The notes: a model not told the origin generated them from the sequence alone. A DNA stretch of 64,000 nucleotides from Rickettsiales bacterium (GCA_041749475.1 JBGTBD010000027.1:33907-97906); one strand, 5' to 3'; positions 51,327 to 60,776 are shown, counted from the stretch's first letter. Program-made: numbers and translations.

Positions 51327-52187
51327 TTAATTTGGGACATTTCCTTTAATATACAAAAGATTAATTTCCGGGGGCACGCCGAAGCGGATGGGCAGGATAC
51401 TCGTGCCGATGCCTTTGCTGATGAAGAAAGTCTGTCCCTCTTCCGTGACAACACCGCCCGCGTAACGCTGGCCGAATTCCGAATTAGTCAGCAATGGGCC
51501 GATGAACGGCAACGCCACCTGCCCCCCATGTGTATGCCCGGCGATGCCGAGCGCAATACGCCCCGGGAAGGTCGCGAAAATATCGGGGATATGGGTGAAG
51601 GCGATGATGGGACGGTCGTCATCCACCACTTCCATCGCGCCTGCGATATCCTGTTTACCCGTATGCATGTCACCCAGCCCCATCAGCCAGAAGGCGTTAC
51701 CCTTGTGCTGGATGCGCCGCGTTTCATTGCACAGGACAGAAATGCCCACCGATTCGAACGCGTCGTGGACGTCCTGTGGGGTAGACCACCAGTCGTGATT
51801 CCCCAATACCGCATAGACCCCGAGCGGCGCCCTCAAAGGTTTCAGCAACCGCGCCACATCCTGCGGGGTGACAAATTCCCCGCCGGGGATATTCCTATCC
51901 ACCAGATAATCCCCTGCCAGCAAAATAATATCGGGTTCGGCGGAGTTCGCCATCTGCACGACTTCTTCCAGCTTCGCGGCATCCATATAAGGCGCACCCG
52001 CATGGATATCACTGATGACGACTATTTTCAGGGGCGCTTCGTCCCACTGCCAGATGGTCAGGTCATCCCTCACCAGGCGCAGCTGGTCAGGCTCCCAGAG
52101 GACTCCCCACCCGAGGCAGGCAATGATAATCAACAATAAAATCTGGAAAGGTCGCCCTATTTTCCAGCTCGGCACAATCATTTTCAT
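51327..52187 (-). CDS. membrane-anchored metallophosphoesterase (calcineurin-like)
   Basis: It has an N-terminal TM helix and the motifs SDIHAG, AGDY, GNHD and GHTHGGQ. Confidence 0.85.
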   Translation of the reverse strand: MKMIVPSWKIGRPFQILLLIIIACLGWGVLWEPDQLRLVRDDLTIWQWDEAPLKIVVISDIHAGAPYMDAAKLEEVVQMANSAEPDIILLAGDYLVDRNIPGGEFVTPQDVARLLKPLRAPLGVYAVLGNHDWWSTPQDVHDAFESVGISVLCNETRRIQHKGNAFWLMGLGDMHTGKQDIAGAMEVVDDDRPIIAFTHIPDIFATFPGRIALGIAGHTHGGQVALPFIGPLLTNSEFGQRYAGGVVTEEGQTFFISKGIGTSILPIRFGVPPEINLLYIKGNVPN

Positions 52188-52199
52188 ACGCTTTACGTC

Positions 52200-52228
52200 T
52201 TCACAAGCGCGGGAAACTATCCTATATT
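52200..52228 (+). promoter_or_regulatory. candidate sigma-70-type promoter of ssrA
   Basis: The sequence is TTCACA (52200-52205), N17, TATATT (52223-52228). This predicts a start near 52235, about 78 nt before the CCA end of the acceptor piece. Confidence 0.35.
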
Positions 52229-52234
52229 CAAGAT

Positions 52235-52578
52235 TGCCGCAAGGCTATGGCAATAAATGATGCTTCAGAATAAGCGGACTGGACCCGGGGGCGGAACCCG
52301 GCACCTCCACCAAAACGATATGCAGGGTTGTTACTGCTCGCTTATGGGGGTGAATCAGGATCGACAGACGTGGTAAAGGCTGTGTTTTTGCTCGATATGA
52401 CACCGACGTTACAGGGTCATTTTTTAAGTGCAAACGACAACGTAGCACTCGTTGCAGCTAACGACAACAACGTCGTAGCAGCTCGTCTGGCCGCCTAAGG
52501 GCGCTTGACAAGCTCTAGCTTGTAAACGCGGTTTGGGGGGCACCGGGCAACAGAAGCTCCCCGCCTTACAGGTTTTTG
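52235..52578 (+). ncRNA. ssrA: tmRNA, circularly permuted two-piece form (acceptor piece upstream of coding piece)
   Basis: The acceptor piece ends GGAC-CCGGG-GGCGGAA-CCCGG-CACCTCC-A-CCA at 52312. After a 33-nt spacer, GGGGGTG (52346-52352) pairs with CACCTCC over 7 bp, including the G3:U70 alanine identity pair. AATCAGGATCGAC follows, as in tmRNA 5' regions. The tag ORF runs from GCA at 52430 to TAA at 52496-52498 and encodes ANDNVALVAANDNNVVAARLAA. The 3' end GCCTTACAGG (52563-52572) can pair with CCGCAAGGC near the 5' end. The gene ends are approximate. Confidence 0.85.
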
Positions 52579-52670
52579 TCTCAATTATGGGGCTTCATGG
52601 AAGCTTCACTTGCAAGCCATAAAGCCTGTGATAGACTGGGTTTAGTGAATAATATGAAAGCCGATGGCCA

Positions 52671-53198
52671 ATGGAATTTATGACGCAGGATAACGAACGT
52701 ATAGACTACCCCGTGATGATCGATGAAGCGATGCGCGGCGTGGTCAAGAAAGTCTTGCAACAGGTGGTCGATCACGGCCTGCCGGGCAAGCATCATTTCT
52801 TCGTTTCCTTCGACACCACCCATCCGGGCACGCGCATTTCCCCGCAGCTGAAAGGCCGCTTCCCTGAGGAGATGACGATCGTCGTCCAATACCAATATTG
52901 GGACTTGGAAGTACACCAGACCTGCTTCTCGCTGATGCTCTCCTTCAACAACATCCCCGAACGCCTCGTCATTCCGTTTGACGCGCTGACCGCTTTCGCC
53001 GATCCCAGTATCAAATTCGGCCTGCAATTCCATTCCCGCCCGACCGCGAATACTTCCTCGGCGGGACAGGATAATTTCACCGCCGAGACCAGCGGCGAAA
53101 CCTCGTTCGACCATGCGATGCCGGACATCAGCAATTCCGAGGATTCCGTACAGCAATCCGCCGAAGTCATCTCCATCGACGCCTTCCGCAAAAAGTAA
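52671..53198 (+). CDS. sspB: ClpXP adaptor SspB (alpha-proteobacterial type)
   Basis: The N-terminal domain reads IDYPVMIDEAMRGVVKKVLQQVVDHGLPGKHHFFVSFDTTHPG...VVQYQYWDLEV, which follows the SspB fold pattern. A flexible acidic tail follows. Confidence 0.75.
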   Translation: MEFMTQDNERIDYPVMIDEAMRGVVKKVLQQVVDHGLPGKHHFFVSFDTTHPGTRISPQLKGRFPEEMTIVVQYQYWDLEVHQTCFSLMLSFNNIPERLVIPFDALTAFADPSIKFGLQFHSRPTANTSSAGQDNFTAETSGETSFDHAMPDISNSEDSVQQSAEVISIDAFRKK

Positions 53199-53220
53199 CA
53201 CCCAACTGGGGTGACGGTCT

Positions 53221-53676
53221 ATGCAATCCCCCTCCTTCATGGAACAGGCATTCCGGCTGGCCAAACTCTCAAGGGATGCCTCAGAAATCCCTGTTGGCGC
53301 GGTCATCGTGGATAGTGTGACAGGGAACATCATCGCCTCATCCCATAACGAGGTGGAACTGCGCAAAGACCCCTCCGCCCATGCCGAACTACTCGCCATA
53401 CAGCGAGCGTGTACCGCTAAAGGCTCCAAATTCCTTGAGACCTGCGATCTCTACGTCACCTTGGAACCCTGCCCCATGTGCGCCGCCGCCCTCTCACTGG
53501 CCCGTATCCGCCGGGTTTATTTCGGCGCGTATGACCCCAAATCCGGCGGGGTGGAGCATGGGCCGCGCATCTACACTCATCCCACCTGCCACCATAAGCC
53601 GGACGTTTATGGCGGCATCATGGAAGCCGAGTGCGGGACGCTGCTCAAGAACTTCTTCCAGAAACGTCGCAGCTAG
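53221..53676 (+). CDS. tadA: tRNA-specific adenosine deaminase
   Basis: It has the CDA zinc motifs HAELLAI and PCPMCAAAL, and is ~150 aa long. Confidence 0.9.
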   Translation: MQSPSFMEQAFRLAKLSRDASEIPVGAVIVDSVTGNIIASSHNEVELRKDPSAHAELLAIQRACTAKGSKFLETCDLYVTLEPCPMCAAALSLARIRRVYFGAYDPKSGGVEHGPRIYTHPTCHHKPDVYGGIMEAECGTLLKNFFQKRRS

Positions 53677-53714
53677 GATGTAACTTTCCGCTACTTCCGG
53701 CTGAATCAGATAGT

Positions 53715-54212
53715 ATGAACCTATCCCGTACACTCTCCCTCATGCTGATGAGCCTGCTACCCATCATCGCCCATGCCTCCCCTGAAAAATATCAGGATGC
53801 CGTGCGCCTGTTGAACACTATGCAATACAAGGTCACACAGGAAAACGGCACGGAACCGGCATTCAACAACGCCTATTGGGATCATAAAGAAGAAGGTATC
53901 TATGTCGATGTCGTCTCCGGCGAACCCCTCTTCTCATCCACCGATAAATTCGATTCCGGAACGGGATGGCCCAGCTTCACCCGCCCAATTTCCGAGCATA
54001 TGGTGAAGGAAAAGAAAGAAGGCGGCATCGTCTTCCCCCGCACGGAAGTGCGCTCCTCCGGCAGCAATTCCCACCTCGGCCACGTGTTCGATGATGGCCC
54101 CCCCGAACAGGGCGGCGCACGCTACTGCATCAATTCCGCCGCACTGCGCTTCGTGCCGAAAGCCAAATTACAGGCCGAAGGCTACGCTGAATATCTCAAG
54201 ATATTCAAATAA
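53715..54212 (+). CDS. msrB: peptide-methionine (R)-S-oxide reductase with signal peptide
   Basis: It has a signal-like N-terminus ([21 protein letters not shown]) and the motifs GWPSF and RYCINS. I set the ATG at 53715. Confidence 0.88.
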   Translation: MNLSRTLSLMLMSLLPIIAHASPEKYQDAVRLLNTMQYKVTQENGTEPAFNNAYWDHKEEGIYVDVVSGEPLFSSTDKFDSGTGWPSFTRPISEHMVKEKKEGGIVFPRTEVRSSGSNSHLGHVFDDGPPEQGGARYCINSAALRFVPKAKLQAEGYAEYLKIFK

Positions 54213-54231
54213 CACCCCGCTTTCGGGGTGT
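54212..54231 (+). terminator. possible stem-loop terminator after msrB (no U-tract)
   Basis: The stem is acaccccg (54212-54219) / cggggtgt (54224-54231) with loop cttt. The downstream sequence is A-rich, not T-rich, so the call is weak. Confidence 0.3.
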
Positions 54232-54263
54232 GAAAAAACGCCCAAATCATTGACATCCGCCCC

Positions 54264-54291
54264 GTTTCAGGCCACAAATCCCTCCTGAAAC
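54264..54291 (+). promoter_or_regulatory. 8-bp perfect inverted repeat in the ettA leader
   Basis: The repeat is GTTTCAGG (54264-54271), a 12-nt spacer, then CCTGAAAC (54284-54291). It ends 23 nt before the ettA ATG. Confidence 0.25.
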
Positions 54292-54314
54292 CCCTAATAT
54301 TTGGAAAAAACCCC

Positions 54315-55997
54315 ATGTCCTATCAGTATGTCTATGTCATGAAAGACCTTCGGAAAACCTATCAGGGTGGGAAGAAGATTCTGGACGGGATGTGGCTGTC
54401 CTTTCTTCCGGGCGCAAAAATCGGCGTATTGGGACCGAACGGCGCGGGGAAATCGACCCTGCTGAAGATCATGGCGGGGATCGACAAGGACTTCACCGGC
54501 GAAGCATGGGCCGCCGAGGGCACAAAAATCGGTTACCTCGAACAGGAACCCAAACTCGACCCCACGAAGAACGTCTTCGAGAATATCATGGAAGCGTTGA
54601 AGGACAAAAAAGACATGCTCGATGAGTTCACCGAACTCTCGATGAAACTGGGCGAGGACATGAGCGACGACGAGATGAACGCGCTCCTCGAAAAACAAGG
54701 CACACTACAGGAAAAGATCGACGCCGCCGATGCGTGGAGCCTCGACAATGAAATCGAGATGGCGATGGAAGCCCTGCGCTGCCCGCCTGCCGATGCCGAC
54801 GTCACCAAGATCTCGGGCGGCGAACGCCGCCGCGTGGCACTAGCCCGCCTGCTACTCGAAAAACCCGACATGCTGCTGCTCGATGAGCCGACCAACCATT
54901 TGGACGCGGAGTCCGTCGCATGGCTGGAGCATTTCCTCGAAAGCTATGAAGGCACTGTCGTGATGGTGACCCATGATCGTTACTTCCTCGATAACGTGAC
55001 AGGTTGGATTCTCGAACTCGATAACGGCCAAGGCGTGCCGTACGAAGGCAACTACACCGCATGGCTGGAGCAGAAACAAGCCCGCCTGCAGCAGGAAGAA
55101 AAAGAAGAATCCGCCCGCCAGAAAACCATCGCGCGCGAATTGGAATGGGTGCGTTCTTCTCCGAAAGCACGCCAATCCAAAAGCAAGGCCCGCCTCAGCG
55201 CCTTCGATGAATTGGTCGCGAAGCAGAACGAGAAACGCAGCGGCATCACCCAAATCGTGATCCCCGCTGCACAACGCCTCGGCGATGTTGTCATCGAAGT
55301 CGATAACCTCACCAAGGCCTTCGGCGACCGTATGCTGGTCGAGAATCTCACCTTCAAACTCCCCCCCGGCGGCATCGTTGGCATCGTCGGCCCCAACGGC
55401 GCGGGGAAGACCACCCTCTTCCGTATGATCACGGGTCAGGAACAACCCGATAGCGGCAAGCTGAAAATCGGTGAGACGGTAACACTTGGCTACGTCGATC
55501 AGAGCCGCGATACGCTGGGTGATAATAAAACCGTGTGGGAAGAAATCTCCGACGGCAATGAAGAAATTGAACTCGGTAAAAACAAGATGAAATCCCGCGC
55601 CTATTGCGCCGCATTCAACTTCAAGGGGTCTGACCAGCAGAAGAAGGTGGGCAATCTTTCAGGGGGTGAGCGTAATCGTGTACACCTCGCCAAAATGCTG
55701 AAATCAGGCGCCAACGTTTTGCTGCTCGATGAGCCGACCAACGATCTCGACGTCGAGACCTTACGCGCGATGGAAGAAGCCTTGCAAGACTTCGCTGGCT
55801 GTGCCGTGGTCATCTCCCACGATCGCTGGTTTTTAGACCGCCTCGCCACTCACATCCTGGCTTTCGAAGGCGACGCGCATGTGGAATGGTTCGAAGGCAA
55901 TTATCAGGAGTATGAAGCCGACCTGAAGCGTCGCCTCGGCGTCACCGAGCTCGTCCCCACCCGCCTGAAATACAAGAAACTGGCGCGCGCCTCCTAA
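54315..55997 (+). CDS. ettA: ABC-F energy-dependent translational throttle protein
   Basis: It has two NBDs ([16 protein letters not shown] and [16 protein letters not shown]) and no TM domain. The start [14 protein letters not shown] is typical of EttA. Confidence 0.9.
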   Translation: MSYQYVYVMKDLRKTYQGGKKILDGMWLSFLPGAKIGVLGPNGAGKSTLLKIMAGIDKDFTGEAWAAEGTKIGYLEQEPKLDPTKNVFENIMEALKDKKDMLDEFTELSMKLGEDMSDDEMNALLEKQGTLQEKIDAADAWSLDNEIEMAMEALRCPPADADVTKISGGERRRVALARLLLEKPDMLLLDEPTNHLDAESVAWLEHFLESYEGTVVMVTHDRYFLDNVTGWILELDNGQGVPYEGNYTAWLEQKQARLQQEEKEESARQKTIARELEWVRSSPKARQSKSKARLSAFDELVAKQNEKRSGITQIVIPAAQRLGDVVIEVDNLTKAFGDRMLVENLTFKLPPGGIVGIVGPNGAGKTTLFRMITGQEQPDSGKLKIGETVTLGYVDQSRDTLGDNKTVWEEISDGNEEIELGKNKMKSRAYCAAFNFKGSDQQKKVGNLSGGERNRVHLAKMLKSGANVLLLDEPTNDLDVETLRAMEEALQDFAGCAVVISHDRWFLDRLATHILAFEGDAHVEWFEGNYQEYEADLKRRLGVTELVPTRLKYKKLARAS

Positions 55998-57043
55998 GTG
56001 GCAGCTATCTTTTCCTGTAATCCTTTCAGAAACCGGATATAGGCAGGCAACGTGTGCGGTAGGAGATGTTCCAGTACGCGGACAATCACGGGTTCCATCT
56101 CCGGAGAGAAAGAGGGCACATGTCCCGTATTCCGCTCCAACTCCATGCGCAAGCCATGAATATGTGCGATGACATCCGCATCGTGATGCAAATTCACCGG
56201 ATGATCATCGAAGCTGGACTGGACTTCCAGTAATCTCTGTGTACTGCTTAGCAACCCTTCCGCGCTAGGGACTATCACATGCGCTGCCTCGACTATATTC
56301 GTAAGAATCGGCAGGAGCTGTGAAGCCTTCTCCTCCAGATGCGCCTTATCGCGGTAAATCAGTTCGTCTCCCAGCGCGTCTTTGGGGAAGCCGAGCTTGA
56401 TATAGAGATAGCGCGTACACTGGAACAGGAACTGGTGGCGGAAATCATCGACGTCCCTCCCCGCAATCATATCGGGCCGGAGCGCGATTGCCTCCCCCCA
56501 CTGCGCATCTTCCCAGTTATCTACCAGTGCAGATTCGGGCATTTCTGAATGCAGCGGCGCGATGTAGTAGGGATGCCACGTATGCTCCAGCAACCAACAT
56601 ATCTCCGGCGAGTGCGATAATAGGGCATTGAGAATAGGCTTCACCTCAGCGCAGGAGTGCACCGCCTCCGGCCCGCTGATGCGGGCATGGGCGAGGATGA
56701 TCTCTTGCAGCTTACGCAGTACAAGGTCATCGGACGCACCCATCATCAGGTTCTGCTGAAGGTAGACTTTCAGTGAGCGGAGCTTTGCATTCTTGGCACA
56801 CATTTGATCCAGCAGCGTCATGTCACGGTTATCGGCAAGAAGCGCGCTTATCTCCGCATCCAGATAATGCACGGGGATGTAGCAGCAGACGCTATCGAAC
56901 AGACACAGGCCGATACGCCGGAACGGAATGTCCGAAAAATGAAAATCATCGGGGATGAGGATGTTGGAGATAGGTGATTTCTTGCCGAAGATATACTCTC
57001 CCACGAAAACGAACCGCTGAGAATATCGGGCAAGGGTTTCCAT
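55994..57043 (-). CDS. hypothetical protein (orphan, ~350 aa, no TM helix or signal peptide)
   Basis: The ORF directly follows mlaC on the same strand. I chose the ATG at 57043, and a TTG at 57061 abutting the mlaC stop is also possible. Its 3' end overlaps the ettA stop by 4 nt. Confidence 0.5.
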   Translation of the reverse strand: METLARYSQRFVFVGEYIFGKKSPISNILIPDDFHFSDIPFRRIGLCLFDSVCCYIPVHYLDAEISALLADNRDMTLLDQMCAKNAKLRSLKVYLQQNLMMGASDDLVLRKLQEIILAHARISGPEAVHSCAEVKPILNALLSHSPEICWLLEHTWHPYYIAPLHSEMPESALVDNWEDAQWGEAIALRPDMIAGRDVDDFRHQFLFQCTRYLYIKLGFPKDALGDELIYRDKAHLEEKASQLLPILTNIVEAAHVIVPSAEGLLSSTQRLLEVQSSFDDHPVNLHHDADVIAHIHGLRMELERNTGHVPSFSPEMEPVIVRVLEHLLPHTLPAYIRFLKGLQEKIAAT

Positions 57044-57061
57044 GCCAGAGAGGGCCGACAA

Positions 57062-57655
57062 TTAGCCGCGTTTCTTCGCGAGAAGATCAATCAGCGCGTC
57101 GAGCCCTTTGCGCTTCACGACCGAGTCGAATTCCGAGCGCTGCGTGGTGATGAGGCTCACCCCTTCGACGACGATGTCGAAGATCTTATACCCGCCATTC
57201 TCTTCACGGATTTTATAATCCGTCATGATCTGGGGGTTATTCGGGTTCGGGTCTTGAATGGCCATCTTCACCACGTAATCCCCTTCATCGATATGACGGA
57301 CGCTGAGTATCTTATAGGTCTGGCCGGAATATTTCTTGAACTTGTCGGCGTAGTTGGCGATGACGAAGCCGCGATAATTGGTCAGGTAACGCTGCTGTTG
57401 ATCCGCAGTCGCCTTACGCCAATGCGTCCCCAACACGAATTTGCCGATCCAGTCGAAATCGGCGTTCTGTTCGAAAATGGTGCGGAACTTCGCCTGCTTG
57501 TCCGCTTGCGACGCGTTCGTGTCGCTGACGATGGCGATGACCTGCTGGCCCAGTGAATCGACGAACCCACGTACCCCCGCCTCATTCGCCTGCGCGGGAA
57601 CTTGGATAAGCAGAAACAGCGCAGCTAGCGCTAAACGAGCTACTGATGTCATCAT
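57062..57655 (-). CDS. mlaC: periplasmic phospholipid-binding protein MlaC (Ttg2D family)
   Basis: It has a signal peptide and family motifs (FDWIGKFVLGTHWRKATADQQQRY...DYKIREENGGYKIFDIVVEGVSL). Confidence 0.8.
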   Translation of the reverse strand: MMTSVARLALAALFLLIQVPAQANEAGVRGFVDSLGQQVIAIVSDTNASQADKQAKFRTIFEQNADFDWIGKFVLGTHWRKATADQQQRYLTNYRGFVIANYADKFKKYSGQTYKILSVRHIDEGDYVVKMAIQDPNPNNPQIMTDYKIREENGGYKIFDIVVEGVSLITTQRSEFDSVVKRKGLDALIDLLAKKRG

Positions 57656-57671
57656 CCTCTCCTTAATGGAA

Positions 57672-58385
57672 TTACTGTGCCGCGCTGCCTTCGTTATTCA
57701 CTTCAGCTTCACGCTTCTGCGTGTAGCCGCTGCGGAACGTCGCATAGGGGTCGAGCGAGGTGTTGTTCACGTCCTCCACCAGATCGAGCGTTTTCTCACG
57801 CGCATCGATCGCGGTAAGTGCAGTGCGGGTGATGACGATTTCGCTATCCAGCCAGTTGAACGGGTCGGCGACCGTATCGGTCACGAGACCGAACGCATCA
57901 CGCGTGGAGGAGGGGCCAAGGATAGGAAGGACGAGATATGCACCGGAACCCACACCCCAGACCCCGAGCGTCTGCCCGAAATCTTCCTTGCGGACGCGCA
58001 GGTCCGTCGCCGCGCCGGTGAAGTCGAAGATACCCGCAACCCCGAACGTGGAGTTGAGGACAAACGACCAGAACGATGCAAACCCGTTCTGCGGGTCGCC
58101 CTGCAGGAAGGAGTTGGCCATATTGATCGGCATTTTCAGGTTGGTCAGCACGTTGCTGACGCGCTCACGACCGTATTCCGGCACGATGTAGCGATAGCCT
58201 TGCGCCACCGGCTTCAGCAGGATTGTATCGATGAATTCGTTGAAGCTGTAGATGCCCCGGTTCATGCCCTCGAGCGGATCATGATTGACCTCGCCGCCAG
58301 GTTCGGGTGCGGCGGTACAACCGACCATCACCATGATGAGGGTAGACGCGATGGCGCGTCTGAACAATTGGGCGGACTTCTTCAT
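57672..58385 (-). CDS. mlaA: outer-membrane lipoprotein MlaA/VacJ
   Basis: It has a lipobox (MVMVGC) and VacJ motifs (DPLEGMNRGIYSFN, FGQTLG). I set the ATG at 58385. Confidence 0.85.
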   Translation of the reverse strand: MKKSAQLFRRAIASTLIMVMVGCTAAPEPGGEVNHDPLEGMNRGIYSFNEFIDTILLKPVAQGYRYIVPEYGRERVSNVLTNLKMPINMANSFLQGDPQNGFASFWSFVLNSTFGVAGIFDFTGAATDLRVRKEDFGQTLGVWGVGSGAYLVLPILGPSSTRDAFGLVTDTVADPFNWLDSEIVITRTALTAIDAREKTLDLVEDVNNTSLDPYATFRSGYTQKREAEVNNEGSAAQ

Positions 58386-58563
58386 ACACAAGCTTTCAGG
58401 GTCAAAAAATATATCTTAGCGACGTAACATTACTAAACACTAAACAATGTGATAAGGAACTGTTACCCCAACACCATACCTCTCACAATAGAATAGAAAA
58501 AAAACACCATAACATCTTCCAGCCGTGACATAATTGTGACTCTCCCGCCACAATGCCCACCTT

Positions 58564-59472
58564 ATGCTGGATTCCGCTCATTACAATACGTTGCGTGACC
58601 TCTTCTGCACTCCGCCGAAACGGGTTTCCTTCGAGTTTTTCCCCCCAAAGACGGCGGAGATGGAGGAAGCCCTGTGGCAATCCATCCGCCTTCTCGAACC
58701 ACTCAATCCCGCCTTCGTTTCGGTGACCTACGGTGCTGGCGGAACCACGCGTGAGCGCACGCATGCCACCCTCAAGCGCATGCTCACCGAAACCAAACTC
58801 ACCCCCGCCGCCCATCTCACCTGCGTTGGCGCCAGCCGCGCCGAGATCGACGAGATCGCCACGGAATACTGGGAGAGCGGTGTGCGCCATATTGTGGCTT
58901 TACGTGGAGATATGCCCGACCCCGGCCAACGCTATGCCCCTCACCCGGACGGCTACGCCTATGCCATTGATTTAGTAAAAGGACTCAAGAAAATCGGCGA
59001 TTTCGAGATCAGCGTCGCTGCCTATCCCGAAACCCATCCCGAAGCGAGTAGCCCCAAAGCCGACCTCGATAGCCTGAAACGGAAAATCGACGCCGGGGCC
59101 AACCGCGCCATCACCCAGTATTTCTTTGAGGCCGACATCTGCCTGCGCTTTATGGAAAAAGCTGCCAAAGCGGGCATCACCGTCCCCATCGTCCCCGGCA
59201 TCCTGCCGGTGCGCAACTACGCCCAGCTCAAACGCTTCGCCGCCACGTGTGGCGCGACCGTGCCTGACTGGTTCCAATATCTCTTCGACGGCTTAGACCA
59301 TAACCCGGAATTACAAAACCTCGTCTCCGCCTCCGTCGCCGCCGAACAATGTCGCTTGCTACGCGCTGCCGGTATCGAAGAATTCCATTTTTATACGCTG
59401 AACCGCGCTAAGCTGACGCTGGCTATATGTCACGTACTAGGATTACGGGCTGCAGACGTAATCAAAACTTAA
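58564..59472 (+). CDS. metF: methylenetetrahydrofolate reductase
   Basis: It reads VSFEFFPPKT...FVSVTYGAGGTTRERT...LTC and has the MTHFR layout. Confidence 0.9.
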   Translation: MLDSAHYNTLRDLFCTPPKRVSFEFFPPKTAEMEEALWQSIRLLEPLNPAFVSVTYGAGGTTRERTHATLKRMLTETKLTPAAHLTCVGASRAEIDEIATEYWESGVRHIVALRGDMPDPGQRYAPHPDGYAYAIDLVKGLKKIGDFEISVAAYPETHPEASSPKADLDSLKRKIDAGANRAITQYFFEADICLRFMEKAAKAGITVPIVPGILPVRNYAQLKRFAATCGATVPDWFQYLFDGLDHNPELQNLVSASVAAEQCRLLRAAGIEEFHFYTLNRAKLTLAICHVLGLRAADVIKT

Positions 59473-59528
59473 TAAAATTTAATGAGTTCGGTGCTATACT
59501 GATGTTCTGAAATATAAGGAGAACATCC

Positions 59529-60094
59529 ATGACTGATTCCCCCTCTTCCTCCCAACCCGACGCCAAATCAATCCTGCTCACCGCTTTAACCGAACAACTG
59601 GAAGGCCTTGATGGATACAGCGAATCCTTCGGCCCAAATGGGGACAAAGCACTTCGCGCATCATTAGAGAAGACAATCAGTGAAATGGATATATCGGTGG
59701 CGTTGGACGCAGATACAGGGCAGCCAGCAAGTATTTTCCTGACCCAGTCGGATTGGGACAAGATTAAACGGATGTGGAAAAATCCATGCACGCAAGCGGC
59801 TGGGGAATCCGCCGCAATGATATTCAGAATACTTTGTGTACCGTGGAAGAAGGGATAAGGAATTCTGGCGGCATCATCATCGTGGATACTCCTGCATGGT
59901 GCACTTCTCTGGATCTGGATCAGCAACCAGAACTATCATATCCGGAAATTCAAGGATGGGAAGAACCTGAGCTGCCCAGTCAAAATGATCTCGTACCTTC
60001 TCCGACACCAAAAGCACCCAAGCCTGAACCCGGCACATGTGAAATGGAACTCAACGGCTTCACAAGAAACAAACCAAGATCCTGCAACATTTAA
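59529..60094 (+). pseudogene. hypothetical gene split into two overlapping frames (59529-59858 and 59774-60094), either a frameshift or two ORFs
   Basis: The first ORF has a strong SD (AAGGAG 7 nt before the ATG). The second ORF is in the -1 frame. One extra A in the A5 run (59778-59782) would fuse them into ~189 codons reading ...DWDKIKRMWKKSMHASGWGIRRND... Confidence 0.4.
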
Positions 60095-60099
60095 AGCGG

Positions 60100-60771
60100 T
60101 TATTCTTCGCGGCGTTCGATGCGGATGAGAATGCGGCGATTAATCTCGCGGTTCTCGGGGATGGGATTGCCGTATTCGTCGATATTGGGGACTTTCGGCT
60201 GCGTGTCGGCGAACCCTTCGGCGGACATTTTCTCTTTCGGTTGCCCGCTATCGATGAAATAGCGCACCACCTTCGTCGCCCGCACGGCGGATAATTCCCA
60301 GTTGGAGGGGAAGTAGGGCGTGGTGATGGGCACATCGTCCGTATGGCCTTCCACCCGCACAATATAATCCTCGAAACTGAAATCATTGAGGATGACGGAG
60401 ATGTCTTTCAATACTGGAATCGCCTCGGGCAGGAATTCCGCCGAGCCTGATTTATAAAAGGACGAACTGGACAGCTCCAGCATCACGCCCTTCTCGGTCT
60501 CCTCAAGCGACATATTCTCTTCCATCTGATTATTCTCGATGACCTGCTGCAGGTCTTGCACCAGTTGGGTGAAGGGCATCGGGTCGTCAATACTGCTGGA
60601 GGAGAAGCTTTCCTTGATCGCCTGCTCGACCTCTTCCTTATGCGTCTGTTTCTTCTCCATCACCGACAGCAAAATAACGAAAAAAGAGATGAGCAGGGTG
60701 ATCATGTCCGCATAGGACATGAGCCAGTTCTCTTCGACTTCCTCGTGTTTTCGGCCTTTATGGAAGGACAT
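60100..60771 (-). CDS. motB: MotB/OmpA-like stator protein
   Basis: The N-terminal plug and TM helix carry the conserved Asp (WLMSYADMITLLISFFVILL). The C-terminal OmpA-like peptidoglycan-binding domain reads VEGHTDDVP...NWELSAVRA...NRRILIRI. Confidence 0.75.
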   Translation of the reverse strand: MSFHKGRKHEEVEENWLMSYADMITLLISFFVILLSVMEKKQTHKEEVEQAIKESFSSSSIDDPMPFTQLVQDLQQVIENNQMEENMSLEETEKGVMLELSSSSFYKSGSAEFLPEAIPVLKDISVILNDFSFEDYIVRVEGHTDDVPITTPYFPSNWELSAVRATKVVRYFIDSGQPKEKMSAEGFADTQPKVPNIDEYGNPIPENREINRRILIRIERREE

Positions 60772-60776
60772 GAGGG

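Noticed and set aside
52245-52448. A 67-aa minus-strand ORF.
   Set aside because: It lies entirely within the tmRNA gene, so the RNA gene explains the sequence.
58392-58563. A riboswitch (SAM-II/SAH type) upstream of metF.
   Set aside because: I could not find the conserved pseudoknot core elements by eye. Only a 6-bp ATTGTG/CACAAT repeat lies near the start codon. A covariance-model scan would be needed to settle this.
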